64,000 nt of DNA from an uncultured Acidobacteriota bacterium (GCA_963794705.1 CAWCFI010000003.1:519531-583530), one strand, 5' to 3'; positions 38,720 to 47,923 are shown, counted from the stretch's first letter. Numbers and translations: made by a program. The notes: a model not told the origin generated them from the letters alone.

Positions 38720-39646
38720 TCATCGCCCCTCGCGCGGCACCACAGTCACTTTTCGCTTTCGGGCCGCGCGAAGGAACGTCACGGCGGTTGGTTCGCCGAT
38801 CTTGTCCTCGGTCAACAAGCGATGAAGATCGTCAACGCCGGTCACCGGCGTGCCGGCGAGCGCCAGCACCACATCGCCATCCTTCACCCCCGCGGCCGCC
38901 GCGGGGCTGTTCGGCTCCACCGACACCACGAAGACACCGGACGTGACCGCGAGCTGATTGTCGCGCGCCACCGCCCTGGGAATCGGCACGGTCTGTCCAG
39001 CCAGCCCGATATAGCTGCGGCGGATGCGCCCGTCGCGAATCAGCCGCGCCGCGACGAACCGTGCCGTGTTGCTGGCGATCGCGAAGCACAGGCCCTGGGC
39101 GGGAAGAATCATCGCGGTGTTGACCCCGATCACCTCGCCTCGCGTCGTCACCAGCGGACCGCCGGAGTTGCCGGGATTGAGCGCCGCGTCGGTCTGGATG
39201 ATGTCGTCCATCAGCCGGCCGGAGCGCGCCCGCAGCGATCGACCCAGCGCGCTGACGACGCCCGCCGTCACCGAATGGTGAAAGCCGTAGGGGTTGCCGA
39301 TGGCGATCGCGATCTGTCCGACCCGCACCGCGCGCGAGTCGCCGAGGGTGGCGAACGGCATGGCGGAGCCGTCGACGCGGATCACCGCGAGATCGGTGTC
39401 GGCGTCCTGTCCGATCACATCGGCGCGCAGCGACCGGCCGTCGGTCATGACCACCGTCAGCGCGCCGCCGTTCTCGACCACGTGGCTGTTGGTGAGGATC
39501 AGGCCGTCGGGCGTGAACAGCACGCCAGAGCCGCCGCCGCGGCCCGCGTCGATCTTGACGACCGCGGGACCGACGGTGTCGACGGCGTGAATCACCGCCG
39601 AAGAGTAGGCATCGAGGAGCGCCGCATCGTCTGGCTGCGGGAGCAT
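38720..39646 (-). CDS. HtrA/DegP-family serine protease (S1C) with PDZ domain, intact triad
   Basis: 308 aa. TNSHVV, DTDLAVIRV, GNSGGPLV. PDZ-like C-terminus. Confidence 0.88.
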   Translation of the reverse strand: MLPQPDDAALLDAYSSAVIHAVDTVGPAVVKIDAGRGGGSGVLFTPDGLILTNSHVVENGGALTVVMTDGRSLRADVIGQDADTDLAVIRVDGSAMPFATLGDSRAVRVGQIAIAIGNPYGFHHSVTAGVVSALGRSLRARSGRLMDDIIQTDAALNPGNSGGPLVTTRGEVIGVNTAMILPAQGLCFAIASNTARFVAARLIRDGRIRRSYIGLAGQTVPIPRAVARDNQLAVTSGVFVVSVEPNSPAAAAGVKDGDVVLALAGTPVTGVDDLHRLLTEDKIGEPTAVTFLRAARKRKVTVVPREGR

Positions 39647-39680
39647 GCCTCGATCATAGGAAGCGCGGTGTCCGCGCGCC

Positions 39681-41372
39681 TCACCCGTTTGGGCGGGTCG
39701 GCTTCCAGCCCGGTCCGCGCACCACGCGGCCCGGTTTCTGGCCGGTGTGCTCGCCGTTCTTCAGGACCTGTCCCCCGTTGACCCAGACATGCTTGACGCC
39801 GACGGCGTACTGGTGCGGCTTCTCGTAGGTCGACGTGTCGGCGACGGTCTTCGGATCGAACACCACGACGTCCGCGAAGAATCCGGGCGCAAGCGTGCCG
39901 CGCTCCTTGATGCGCAGCGTCGCCGCCGGGAACGACGTCAGCTGGCGAATCGCTTGTTCCATCGGGATCACGTGCTCGTCACGCACGTACTTCCCGAGCA
40001 GGCGCGCGAAGTTGCCGTAGGCGCGCGGGTGCGTGCTGGTCTTGATGAAGACGCCTTCGGGAGCCATCGAGGAGGCGTCGGAGCCGAAACTGACCCACGG
40101 CAGCGCGATCTGCCGCTTGACGTTCTCCTCCGACATCAGGAAGTACACAACCTGGACACGACTGCCGTCCTCGACGACGAGATCCATCGCGGTGTCCTGC
40201 ACGCTCTTGCCGCGCGCCGTGGCGACCTCCTCCAGCGTCTTGCCTGCGTAGTGTCGCAGCGCTTCGTTCTTGAAGCCGACCAGCAGCGTGCCTTTGCCGC
40301 CCGCGGCGAGCATCAGGTTTTCCCAGGCCGGGCCCGGCGCCGTCATCTCGCGACGGACGCGTTCGCGGATCTTCGGGTCCTGGAGCCGTTTGGCCCACGC
40401 CTTGTAGCCGCCTTCCTGCACCCACGGCGGCATCGCCGCATCGAGGCCGGTGCTGCCGGCGGTGTAGTTGTACATGTCGGCGGTGATGTCCAGTCCCTCT
40501 TTGCGCGCACCCTCGATTTTCGCGATCACCGCGTCGAGCTTGCTCCAGTTCGACTGGCCGCTTTCCTTGAGGTGATAAATCTCGACGCGAATCTTCGCCT
40601 CTCTGGCGATCGTCAGCGTTTCGTCGATCGCCTCGAGCAGGCGGTCGCCTTCGCTGCGCATGTGCGAGATGTACATCCCGCCCGACGCCGACGCGACCTT
40701 GGCGAGCTCGACCAGCTCGTCGGTCCTGGCGAAGACGCCGGGAATGTAGATCAGCGCGGTGGTCAGCCCCATCGCGCCCTCGTCCATCGCGACGCGGACG
40801 TGGGCGCGCATCCGATCGAGCTCCTCCGCGGTCGGCGGCCGGTTATCGAGGCCGATTTCGTTGGCGCGGACCGTCGCCGCGCTGACGAACGACGCGACGT
40901 TGGTCGAGATGCCGCGCGCCACCAGGTGATCCAGGTAGCCGCCGAGCGTGTTCCAGACGATGTTGAACTTGATGTCGCCCTGGCGCTCCATCAGGTCCTT
41001 CTTCATCTGCTCGTTGACCGGCCCCATCGAGCTCTCGCCGAAGACTTCGAGCGTGACGCCCTGCCGCAGCGTCCCCTGCGCGTGTCCGTCCGCGATCAGC
41101 GACGACTCGGAGTGGCTGAGCATGTTGATGAAGCCGGGCGCGACCGCAAGTCCGGTCGCGTCGATCTCGTCCCGCCCGCGCTCGCCGCCGAGATCGCCGA
41201 CGGCCGCAATGCGATCGTCGAGGATGGCGACATCACCGACCTTGCCGGCGCCGCCGGTCCCGTCGTAGATCGTGCCGTGGCGGATGACGACATCGTACTT
41301 GGCCGGCGGCTTCGAGCATCCGGCGACCGCGGACGCGATCAGGGCGATGGACGCGAGGACGGTTCTGCTCAT
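39681..41372 (-). CDS. N-acyl-D-amino-acid deacylase (D-aminoacylase) family amidohydrolase, lipoprotein
   Basis: 563 aa. Lipobox AVAGC. YDVVIRHGTIYDGTGG...APGFINMLSHSE. Confidence 0.85.
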   Translation of the reverse strand: MSRTVLASIALIASAVAGCSKPPAKYDVVIRHGTIYDGTGGAGKVGDVAILDDRIAAVGDLGGERGRDEIDATGLAVAPGFINMLSHSESSLIADGHAQGTLRQGVTLEVFGESSMGPVNEQMKKDLMERQGDIKFNIVWNTLGGYLDHLVARGISTNVASFVSAATVRANEIGLDNRPPTAEELDRMRAHVRVAMDEGAMGLTTALIYIPGVFARTDELVELAKVASASGGMYISHMRSEGDRLLEAIDETLTIAREAKIRVEIYHLKESGQSNWSKLDAVIAKIEGARKEGLDITADMYNYTAGSTGLDAAMPPWVQEGGYKAWAKRLQDPKIRERVRREMTAPGPAWENLMLAAGGKGTLLVGFKNEALRHYAGKTLEEVATARGKSVQDTAMDLVVEDGSRVQVVYFLMSEENVKRQIALPWVSFGSDASSMAPEGVFIKTSTHPRAYGNFARLLGKYVRDEHVIPMEQAIRQLTSFPAATLRIKERGTLAPGFFADVVVFDPKTVADTSTYEKPHQYAVGVKHVWVNGGQVLKNGEHTGQKPGRVVRGPGWKPTRPNG

Positions 41373-41385
41373 GCGGACAGTCTCC

Positions 41386-41943
41386 TCAATGCGGCGTGCG
41401 CTCGACGACCGGCCGCCCCTGGTGGCACATGTAGCACTGGGTGCGCGGCGCGCGGATCGCGCTGTCGAAATAGGTCGGGATCAGATCGAAGATCGGCGCC
41501 ATCCGCGCGACCATCTGGTGCGGGCGCTTCGTTCCGGCGGTCCAGTCGCCGTCGACGTGACAGTGCGAGCACGCGACGCCCAGCGACGCCGCATACACGC
41601 TCATCGCGAGGCTCAGGTTGTCGCGGCCGGCGAACTCTGTTGTATGGACGGCGGCGATCGATTCCCAGTTGGCGCGCGGCAGCCGCGGCGGCGCGGTCTG
41701 TCCCCGATGACAGCTCCAGCAGGTGACGCCGCCAAGCGCCTGCAGCGGCCCGTCGTTGAGCCCCTGGACCATGCGCACCATCCGGCGCGCGAAGTCGAAC
41801 GCCGGCTTGGTCGAGTCGGCGAAGCTGCCGGCGGTGTGGCAGTGTTCGCAGCCGACGCCGAGCGCGACGTTGTAGGTGCGCGCCGCCGCATGCTCCGGCG
41901 CCGCCGCCAGGAACACCGCCGCAATCGCCACGACCCACGTCAT
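41386..41943 (-). CDS. Tetrahaem c-type cytochrome (reaction-centre cytochrome c subunit-like fold)
   Basis: 185 aa, signal peptide. Four CxxCH motifs (CEHCH, CWSCH, CSHCH, CYMCH), two of them preceded by Met-rich helices (RRMVRMV, HQMVARM). Confidence 0.8.
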   Translation of the reverse strand: MTWVVAIAAVFLAAAPEHAAARTYNVALGVGCEHCHTAGSFADSTKPAFDFARRMVRMVQGLNDGPLQALGGVTCWSCHRGQTAPPRLPRANWESIAAVHTTEFAGRDNLSLAMSVYAASLGVACSHCHVDGDWTAGTKRPHQMVARMAPIFDLIPTYFDSAIRAPRTQCYMCHQGRPVVERTPH

Positions 41944-42002
41944 CGCCGCAGAGTGTACTCGCGAAATATGTTGCCGGGACGGCGCGCTCCGGGTGTAAAT
42001 TC

Positions 42003-43490
42003 GTGGCGAACCGTCGGCTTCGAGGAGGTCCGCTCATGGCGTACGACCGTCGGCCGAGACGTCTGGGTCTGTTCAGCCTGTTGCTCACCGCCTCCGCGAC
42101 GGCCGGCGTCGGCCTGATCGCCCAGGCCCCCGCGACACCTGCTCCAGAGGTGACGTTCACCAGGGACATATCCCGTATCCTGCAGCGCAGTTGTCAGGAG
42201 TGCCATCACGCCGACGGCGTCGCGCCGATGGCGCTGATCACCTACGAGGACGTCCGGCCCTGGGCCAAGTCGATCAAGGCGCGAACCGCGCTGCGCAGCC
42301 AGCGCGGCGCGATGCCGCCGTTCTTCGTCGAGAAGAACATCGGCATCCAGAAGTTCAAACACGATCCCTCGCTCAGCGACGACGAGGTCGCGATGGTGGC
42401 GAAGTGGGTCGACAACGGCGCCCCGCGCGGCAACCCCGCCGACCTGCCCAAGGCGCTCGAGTTCGAGGGCACCGACAAGTGGACGATCGGCGAACCCGAT
42501 CTGATTCTGCGATCGAAGGACGTCACGGTGCCGGCGATCGGCCCGGACAGGTGGGGCGACTTCGGGCTGATCCCGACCGGGCTGAACGAGGACCGCTACG
42601 TGTCGGCGGTCGAAGTGCGCGAGGTCAACGACATCCCGCACGACAAGTCGGTGGCCACCGTCGGCGGTCGCTACGTCTTCCACCACATGACCTACGAGAG
42701 CATCGTCGAGGGCGAGCGCGCGAGCAGCGGCGCCAACGAGGGCGGCGGCAGCTGGCCGATCCACGAGGTCGGACGCAACGCCGATATCTTCCCGCCGGAG
42801 GCAGGACGACTGCTCGCCGCACACTCGTCGCTCTCCTTGAACGCCGGCCACCTCCACTCGAACGGCCGCGAGACCAGAGGGCACCTCGAGTTCGCGTTCA
42901 AGTTCTTCCCGCTCGGCTACAAGCCGATCTACAAACGATCGGGCGTCCGCCTCGGCGACGGCATCAACATCGACGTGCGCCCCAACGAGTCCGGCCAGGA
43001 GCTCCACGCCTACGCGGTGCTGCAGGAGCACACCAAGTACATCACCTTCGAGCCGCACCTGCACGCGCCCGGCGTCCGCATGTGCCTCGAGGCGATCTGG
43101 GGGCACAACATCCAGACGCTCAACTGCGTCGGCTACGACCACAACTGGGTGAAGCAGTACGTCTATGACGACGATGCGGCGCCGCTGCTGCCGAAAGGGA
43201 CGATCGTCCATCTGATCGGCTTCCTCGACACCACCGCCGCGAACAAGAACCCGGTCGATCCCAGAAACTGGGCGGGCGGCGGACGGCGCTCGGTCGCCAA
43301 CATGTTCATCGACCTCGGCTACTCGGTCTCGCTGACCGAAGACCAGTTTCAGGCGGAGATGGCGAAGCGGCGCAAGAACATGAAGAGCCGCAACGACTAC
43401 GACATCGGCTGTCCGTTGTGCTGGGCGCCGCCGACCGCGACGGCGACCTCGACCGCCGCGACGCCCGGGCGCCCGCAGGATCCGCAGTGA
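42003..43490 (+). CDS. Haem-c domain fused to PHM/DBH-like type-2 copper monooxygenase-like domain
   Basis: 495 aa, signal or anchor. CQECH at residues 64..68. His/Met pattern H227-H228...H283/H285...H352-x-H354...M434, with GGGRRSVANMF resembling the GG..S..EMC motif. Confidence 0.6.
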   Translation: MANRRLRGGPLMAYDRRPRRLGLFSLLLTASATAGVGLIAQAPATPAPEVTFTRDISRILQRSCQECHHADGVAPMALITYEDVRPWAKSIKARTALRSQRGAMPPFFVEKNIGIQKFKHDPSLSDDEVAMVAKWVDNGAPRGNPADLPKALEFEGTDKWTIGEPDLILRSKDVTVPAIGPDRWGDFGLIPTGLNEDRYVSAVEVREVNDIPHDKSVATVGGRYVFHHMTYESIVEGERASSGANEGGGSWPIHEVGRNADIFPPEAGRLLAAHSSLSLNAGHLHSNGRETRGHLEFAFKFFPLGYKPIYKRSGVRLGDGINIDVRPNESGQELHAYAVLQEHTKYITFEPHLHAPGVRMCLEAIWGHNIQTLNCVGYDHNWVKQYVYDDDAAPLLPKGTIVHLIGFLDTTAANKNPVDPRNWAGGGRRSVANMFIDLGYSVSLTEDQFQAEMAKRRKNMKSRNDYDIGCPLCWAPPTATATSTAATPGRPQDPQ

Positions 43491-44407
43491 TGCGGCGTCT
43501 GTGGTGCGCCGCGGGAGCGGCGTTGCTGATGATCACCGCCGCGAACGCGCAGATGCGGTTCACCTACTCGAGCGGCCAGGTCGTGTCGCCGGCATACGAG
43601 GGGTGGCGCACCGAAGACGACGGCTCGCAGACGCTGGTGTTCGGCTACATGAACCAGAACTGGGCGGAGGAATTCGACATCCCGATCGGGCCGGACAACA
43701 GCATCGAGCCGGGAGGACCGGATCGCGGCCAGCCAACGCATTTCTATCCGCGCCGCAGCCCGTTCCTCTTCACCATCAAGGTGCCCAAGGATTTCGGCGA
43801 CAAGGAACTGATCTGGACGGTGAAGACGCACGGCAAGATCGAAAAGGCCTACGCCTCGCTCAAGAACGACTACATGATCGACAACCAGGTGATCTCGACT
43901 GAAGTCGGCGGCGACTTCGGCAGCCTGCGCGACGAGCTGCGCACCAACCTTCCGCCCACCCTCAAGGTCGAAGGTGAAAACAAGAGGATGACCAAGGTCG
44001 GTGCGCCGCTGACGCTGACCGCGATCGCCAAGGATCCCGACAACATCCCCGCGCGTCGCGGGCGCGGCGCCTCGCTGCCGACGTCGATGCCCGCGGCGGC
44101 GTTGTATCGCGCCCCGACGTCGCTCGTGCCGGCGAGCGGCCCTGGCCTGCGGCTGTCGTGGATCGTCTACCGCGGCAAGGCGGCCGACGTCACGTTCAGC
44201 CCGGAGCAGATGAAGGCGTGGACCGACACCCGCGCCTACGGCAACTCGCCGTGGTCGCCGCCCTACTTCATCCCCGAGCCGCCCCCGAACAACACGTGGA
44301 TCACGGACGTGACGTTCAAGGAAGCGGGTACCTACGTGCTGCGGGCCGTCGCCAGCGACGGCGCGGTGTTCACCTACGACAACGTGACAGTCACGGTAAC
44401 GCGGTAG
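43490..44407 (+). CDS. Secreted protein of unknown function
   Basis: TGATG overlap with the upstream gene. MRRLWCAAGAALLMITAANAQ signal peptide. 305 aa. Ig-like C-terminal text (TDVTFKEAGTYVLRAVASDGAVFTYDNVTVTV). Confidence 0.6.
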   Translation: MRRLWCAAGAALLMITAANAQMRFTYSSGQVVSPAYEGWRTEDDGSQTLVFGYMNQNWAEEFDIPIGPDNSIEPGGPDRGQPTHFYPRRSPFLFTIKVPKDFGDKELIWTVKTHGKIEKAYASLKNDYMIDNQVISTEVGGDFGSLRDELRTNLPPTLKVEGENKRMTKVGAPLTLTAIAKDPDNIPARRGRGASLPTSMPAAALYRAPTSLVPASGPGLRLSWIVYRGKAADVTFSPEQMKAWTDTRAYGNSPWSPPYFIPEPPPNNTWITDVTFKEAGTYVLRAVASDGAVFTYDNVTVTVTR

Positions 44408-44448
44408 CGCGACGGCTTTGAACGGAGCGCGAAGGCTTCAGCCGAGCG
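44404..44448. repeat. REP-like GTAG-headed element (two partial copies)
   Basis: GTAGCGCGACGGCTTTGAACGG then GCGCGAAGGCTTCAGCCGAGCG. The TAG stop of the upstream gene (44405..44407) lies in the GTAG head. Confidence 0.45.
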
Positions 44449-44456
44449 GGAGAAAC

Positions 44457-44858
44457 ATGACGCGTGTAAAGCTCCTCACGATTCTGTGTGCGGTCGCCGC
44501 GCCGATCTGGGTCGTCGGCCAGACCAGCAACTTCATGGGCGGGACGCCGGGCGCGGTTGATGCCACCAAGGTGCGCACTACCCGACTGAAGTTCCCCAAG
44601 GGCAGCCGCTCCAACTGGCACAGTCACACCTGGGGCCAGCTGCTGATGCTCGAAGAGGGCAAGGGCCGGACCCAGGTGCGCGGCGGCCCGGTGATCGAAA
44701 CCGCGCCGGGCCAGCCGTGGTGGACCGCGGCGGGCGTCGAACACTGGCACGGCGCCGCGCCGGACACCGACGCGCTGCAGCTCACGATCTACGAGGGCGA
44801 CGTGAAGTGGCTCGAGCCGGTCCAGGACAAGGAGTACCTCGCGGCGCCGAAGAAGTGA
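44457..44858 (+). CDS. Secreted cupin domain protein
   Basis: Signal MTRVKLLTILCAVAAPIWVVGQ. Cupin motifs GSRSNWHSHTWGQLLMLEEG and GVEHWHG. Confidence 0.75.
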   Translation: MTRVKLLTILCAVAAPIWVVGQTSNFMGGTPGAVDATKVRTTRLKFPKGSRSNWHSHTWGQLLMLEEGKGRTQVRGGPVIETAPGQPWWTAAGVEHWHGAAPDTDALQLTIYEGDVKWLEPVQDKEYLAAPKK

Positions 44859-46628
44859 TCGTCGCGCTCCTGGCGGCCGCCGTTCTCGCGGGACTGCCTC
44901 AGGCACCCGACGGCTCGGCGATCTTCGCGCGCGACTGTTCGAGCTGCCATGACGGCGCCACCGGGTCGCGCGCGCCGAGCCCCGATCTCCTCAAGCGCCG
45001 ATCGCCGGAAGCGATCCTCGCCGCATTGACCGCAGGCGGCATGCGTCCGCAGGGCGGCCGCCTGAGCGGCGCCGAACGTCGCGCCGTCGCCGAATATCTC
45101 AGCGGCCGCGCGCTCGGCAGCGACATCACCGGCGCGAAGATCGGACGCTGCACCGCCTCGCCGCCGCTGGTCGATTCCGCCTCCTCACCCGCCTGGCGCG
45201 GCTGGTCGCCGTCGGCGGCCAACACCAGATTCCAGTCTGCGCAGCAGGCCGGCCTCACCGCGGAGCAGGTGCCGAAGCTGTCGTTGAAGTGGGCCTTCGG
45301 GTTTCCCGACGCCACCTCGGCGTGGTCGCAGCCGACCATCGCCGCCGGCCGGCTGTTCGTCGGCAGCCAGAACGGCACCGTTTACTCGCTCGACGCGGAG
45401 AGCGGGTGCATCTACTGGACCTTCACCGCCAAGAGCGGCGTGCGCACCGCGCTGTCGTTCGGCCCGCGCGAAGGCGCCGGCTACGCGGTCTACTTCGGCG
45501 ACACCGGCGCCAATGTCTATGCGCTCGACGCGGCAACCGGGCGGGAGTTGTGGTCGCGGCGGCTGGACGACCATCTCTACGCTCGCATCACCGGATCGCC
45601 CACGCTGTTTCAGGATCGCCTGTACGTGCCGGTCTCGTCGATGGAAGAGACCGCCGCCAGCCAGCCTGGCTACGAATGCTGCACGTTCCGCGGCAGCCTG
45701 AACGCGCTCGACGCGAGAACCGGCGCCACCCTCTGGCGAACCTGGATGGTGCCGGAGGCGCAGGCCGCCGGAAAGAACGCCGCCGGCGCAGCGCTGTGGG
45801 GACCATCGGGTGTCGGCATCTGGTCGGCGCCGACGATCGACGTCAAGCGCGGTCTGATCTACGCCGGCACCGGCAATACCTACAGCGCGCCGGCCCAGCC
45901 GACCGCCGACGCGATTGTCGCCTTCGATCTGCAGAGCGGCGCGATCAAGTGGATCCATCAGTTGACCGCCGGCGACGTCTTCGGCTGCCGCGCCGGCAGC
46001 GCGAACTGTGGCGAGAAGGCGGGGCCGGACTTCGATCTCGGAACGCCGCCGATGCTGGTCACGGTGGCGGGGCGGGACGTGATCATCGCGGCGCAGAAAT
46101 CCGGCAACGCGTTCGCGCTCGATGTCGAGAAGGAGGGTGCGCTGCTCTGGCAGTATCACGCCGGAGAAGGATCGATCTGGGGTGGCATCCAATGGGGCGC
46201 CGCCGTCGACGGTGAGCGCGCCTACTTCCCGGTGTCGGATATCCGGACCCCGAAGCCAGGCGGCCTGCACGCGGTGGATCTCGTCAGCGGCGACGCGCGC
46301 CTGGTACCTGCCGCCGCCGCCGCTGAAGTGCGCGGCCGGCACCGGCTGCAGCGCCGCGTTGATTTCCGCGCCGACGCTCATTCCCGGCGTGCTGTTCTCC
46401 GGGTCGAACGACGGCGCGCTGCGCGCGCACGCCACCCGGGACGGCGCAGTGATCTGGGAGTTCGACACCAATCGGGAATTCGAGACCTTGAACGGCATCA
46501 AGGCCGGCGGCGGCGCGATCCAGGGTCCGGGACCGACCATCGCCGGCGGCATGCTCTACCTCAACTCAGGCTACGGCAATCATCTCGGCCGCCCCGGCAA
46601 CGTCCTGCTCGCCTTCGAGGTGCAGTAG
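44855..46628 (+). pseudogene. Quinohaemoprotein dehydrogenase with N-terminal haem-c domain (polyvinyl-alcohol dehydrogenase-like), one frameshift near 46291
   Basis: GTG at 44855 overlaps the cupin stop (GTGA). CSSCH haem site. PQQ propeller text (GRLFVGSQNGTVYSLDAESG...). The C-terminus RAWYLPPPPLKCAAGTGCSAALISAPTLIPGVLFSGSNDGALRAH...GNVLLAFEVQ is in ORF 46122..46628. Confidence 0.8.
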
Positions 46629-46648
46629 CCGCCGCGTCCTGTCCGGTC

Positions 46649-47107
46649 TCACTTCTCTTCCGCGGCCGTCGACGTCGCCGGGCCCATCCCGACGATCTGC
46701 AGGACGCAGTCCTCGTCCTTGGCCCCGTCGTAGTGAATCTCCTTGCCGAAGTGCGTCACGAAGCTGCCGGCCGGCACCGGCTTCATCCCCTCGAGGTCGT
46801 ACTTTGGGCCGGTGTTCACCCACCAGGTCCCCGAGATGACCGTGATGTAGCGGTCGTTGGGATGGAAGTGCGGCCGGCTGTTGTTGTGCGCCAGCCATTT
46901 CTGCAGGACGACATAGAGACCCGGCTTGGAGGGATCGCCGACGAGCGTGGCACTTTCGGAGCCACGCCCCTTGTTCCATTTGATCTCGGCGGGAAGTTGA
47001 ATGGTAATCGCCTTGGGGTTCAGCTCGGCGCCGCCGCGCGCGAAACCAACACCCTGAAGCGCGAGCACGACCATCACGACTAGCACGACCGCGAACCGGC
47101 GAACCAT
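46649..47107 (-). CDS. Secreted cupin-like protein
   Basis: 152 aa, signal peptide. PHFHPNDRYITVISGTWWV...GSFVTHFGKEIHYDG. Confidence 0.6.
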   Translation of the reverse strand: MVRRFAVVLVVMVVLALQGVGFARGGAELNPKAITIQLPAEIKWNKGRGSESATLVGDPSKPGLYVVLQKWLAHNNSRPHFHPNDRYITVISGTWWVNTGPKYDLEGMKPVPAGSFVTHFGKEIHYDGAKDEDCVLQIVGMGPATSTAAEEK

Positions 47108-47160
47108 CGCACCCTCCTTCTAAACCTTTGCGCGCAGTATAGCCCCGCGGGTACAAAGAA

Positions 47161-47913
47161 GTGATGGACACGCTCGTCGACCAGGTCCGCCGCTGGCTCG
47201 CCGCCGCGACACGTGTGGTCGCGCTCACCGGCGCCGGGATTTCCACCGAGTCCGGCATTCCCGACTTCCGCGGGCCGCAGGGTGTCTGGACCAGGAATCC
47301 GAAGGCCGAGAAGCTGTCGAACATCCAGCACTACATGGCGGATCCCGAAGTGCGGCGGCTCGCCTGGCAGAGCCGTCTCGAGCATCCGGCCTGGAGCGCC
47401 ACGCCGAACGCCGGCCATCGCGCGCTGGTCGAGCTCGAGCGCCGCGGCACAATGCTCGCGCTGATCACGCAGAACATCGACGGCCTCCACCAACTGGCCG
47501 GTCATCCGCCGGAACACATCCTCGAAGTCCACGGCACGATGCGTGAGGTGATGTGCATGGCCTGCAGCTGGCGCGGACCGATGCCGCTCGTGCTCGATCG
47601 CGTGCGCGCCGGCGAAGAGGATCCGCCCTGCGAGCGCTGCGGCGGGATCCTGAAGAGCGCGACCATCTCGTTCGGCCAGTCGCTCGATCCGGTGGTCATC
47701 GACCGGGCGATGCGCGCCGCCGAGCACGCCGACCTCCTGCTGGCGATCGGCACCACGCTGCAGGTCTACCCGATCGCCGGGGCCGTGCCGCTGGCCAAGG
47801 CGGCCGGCGCCCGGCTCGTGATCATCAACGCCGAACCGACGCCGTTCGACGACATCGCCGACGCCGTGTTCAGAGATCCGATCGGCGTCGTCCTCCCGAG
47901 GATTGCATCATGA
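47161..47913 (+). CDS. cobB: NAD-dependent protein deacylase (Sir2/CobB family)
   Basis: 250 aa. GAGISTESGIPDFRGPQGVW, QNIDGLH, Zn ribbon CMAC...CERCGG. Confidence 0.88.
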   Translation: MMDTLVDQVRRWLAAATRVVALTGAGISTESGIPDFRGPQGVWTRNPKAEKLSNIQHYMADPEVRRLAWQSRLEHPAWSATPNAGHRALVELERRGTMLALITQNIDGLHQLAGHPPEHILEVHGTMREVMCMACSWRGPMPLVLDRVRAGEEDPPCERCGGILKSATISFGQSLDPVVIDRAMRAAEHADLLLAIGTTLQVYPIAGAVPLAKAAGARLVIINAEPTPFDDIADAVFRDPIGVVLPRIAS

Positions 47914-47923
47914 CCTTGGCTGA

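Noticed and set aside
44717-47083. A 788-aa single ORF spanning the quinohaemoprotein gene and running on past 46628.
   Set aside because: Upstream of 44855 it overlaps the cupin gene out of frame. After about 46291 the text becomes Arg-rich nonsense and runs antisense through the 46649..47107 cupin-like gene. The true C-terminus is in ORF 46122..46628.
47161-47913. The Sir2-domain protein as part of an anti-phage defence system.
   Set aside because: It has the standard CobB-type deacylase layout (GAGIS.ESGIPDFRG, Zn ribbon, 250 aa). It has no fused effector or partner genes such as HerA, Argonaute or TIR next to it. The neighbours are a cupin and a peptidase.
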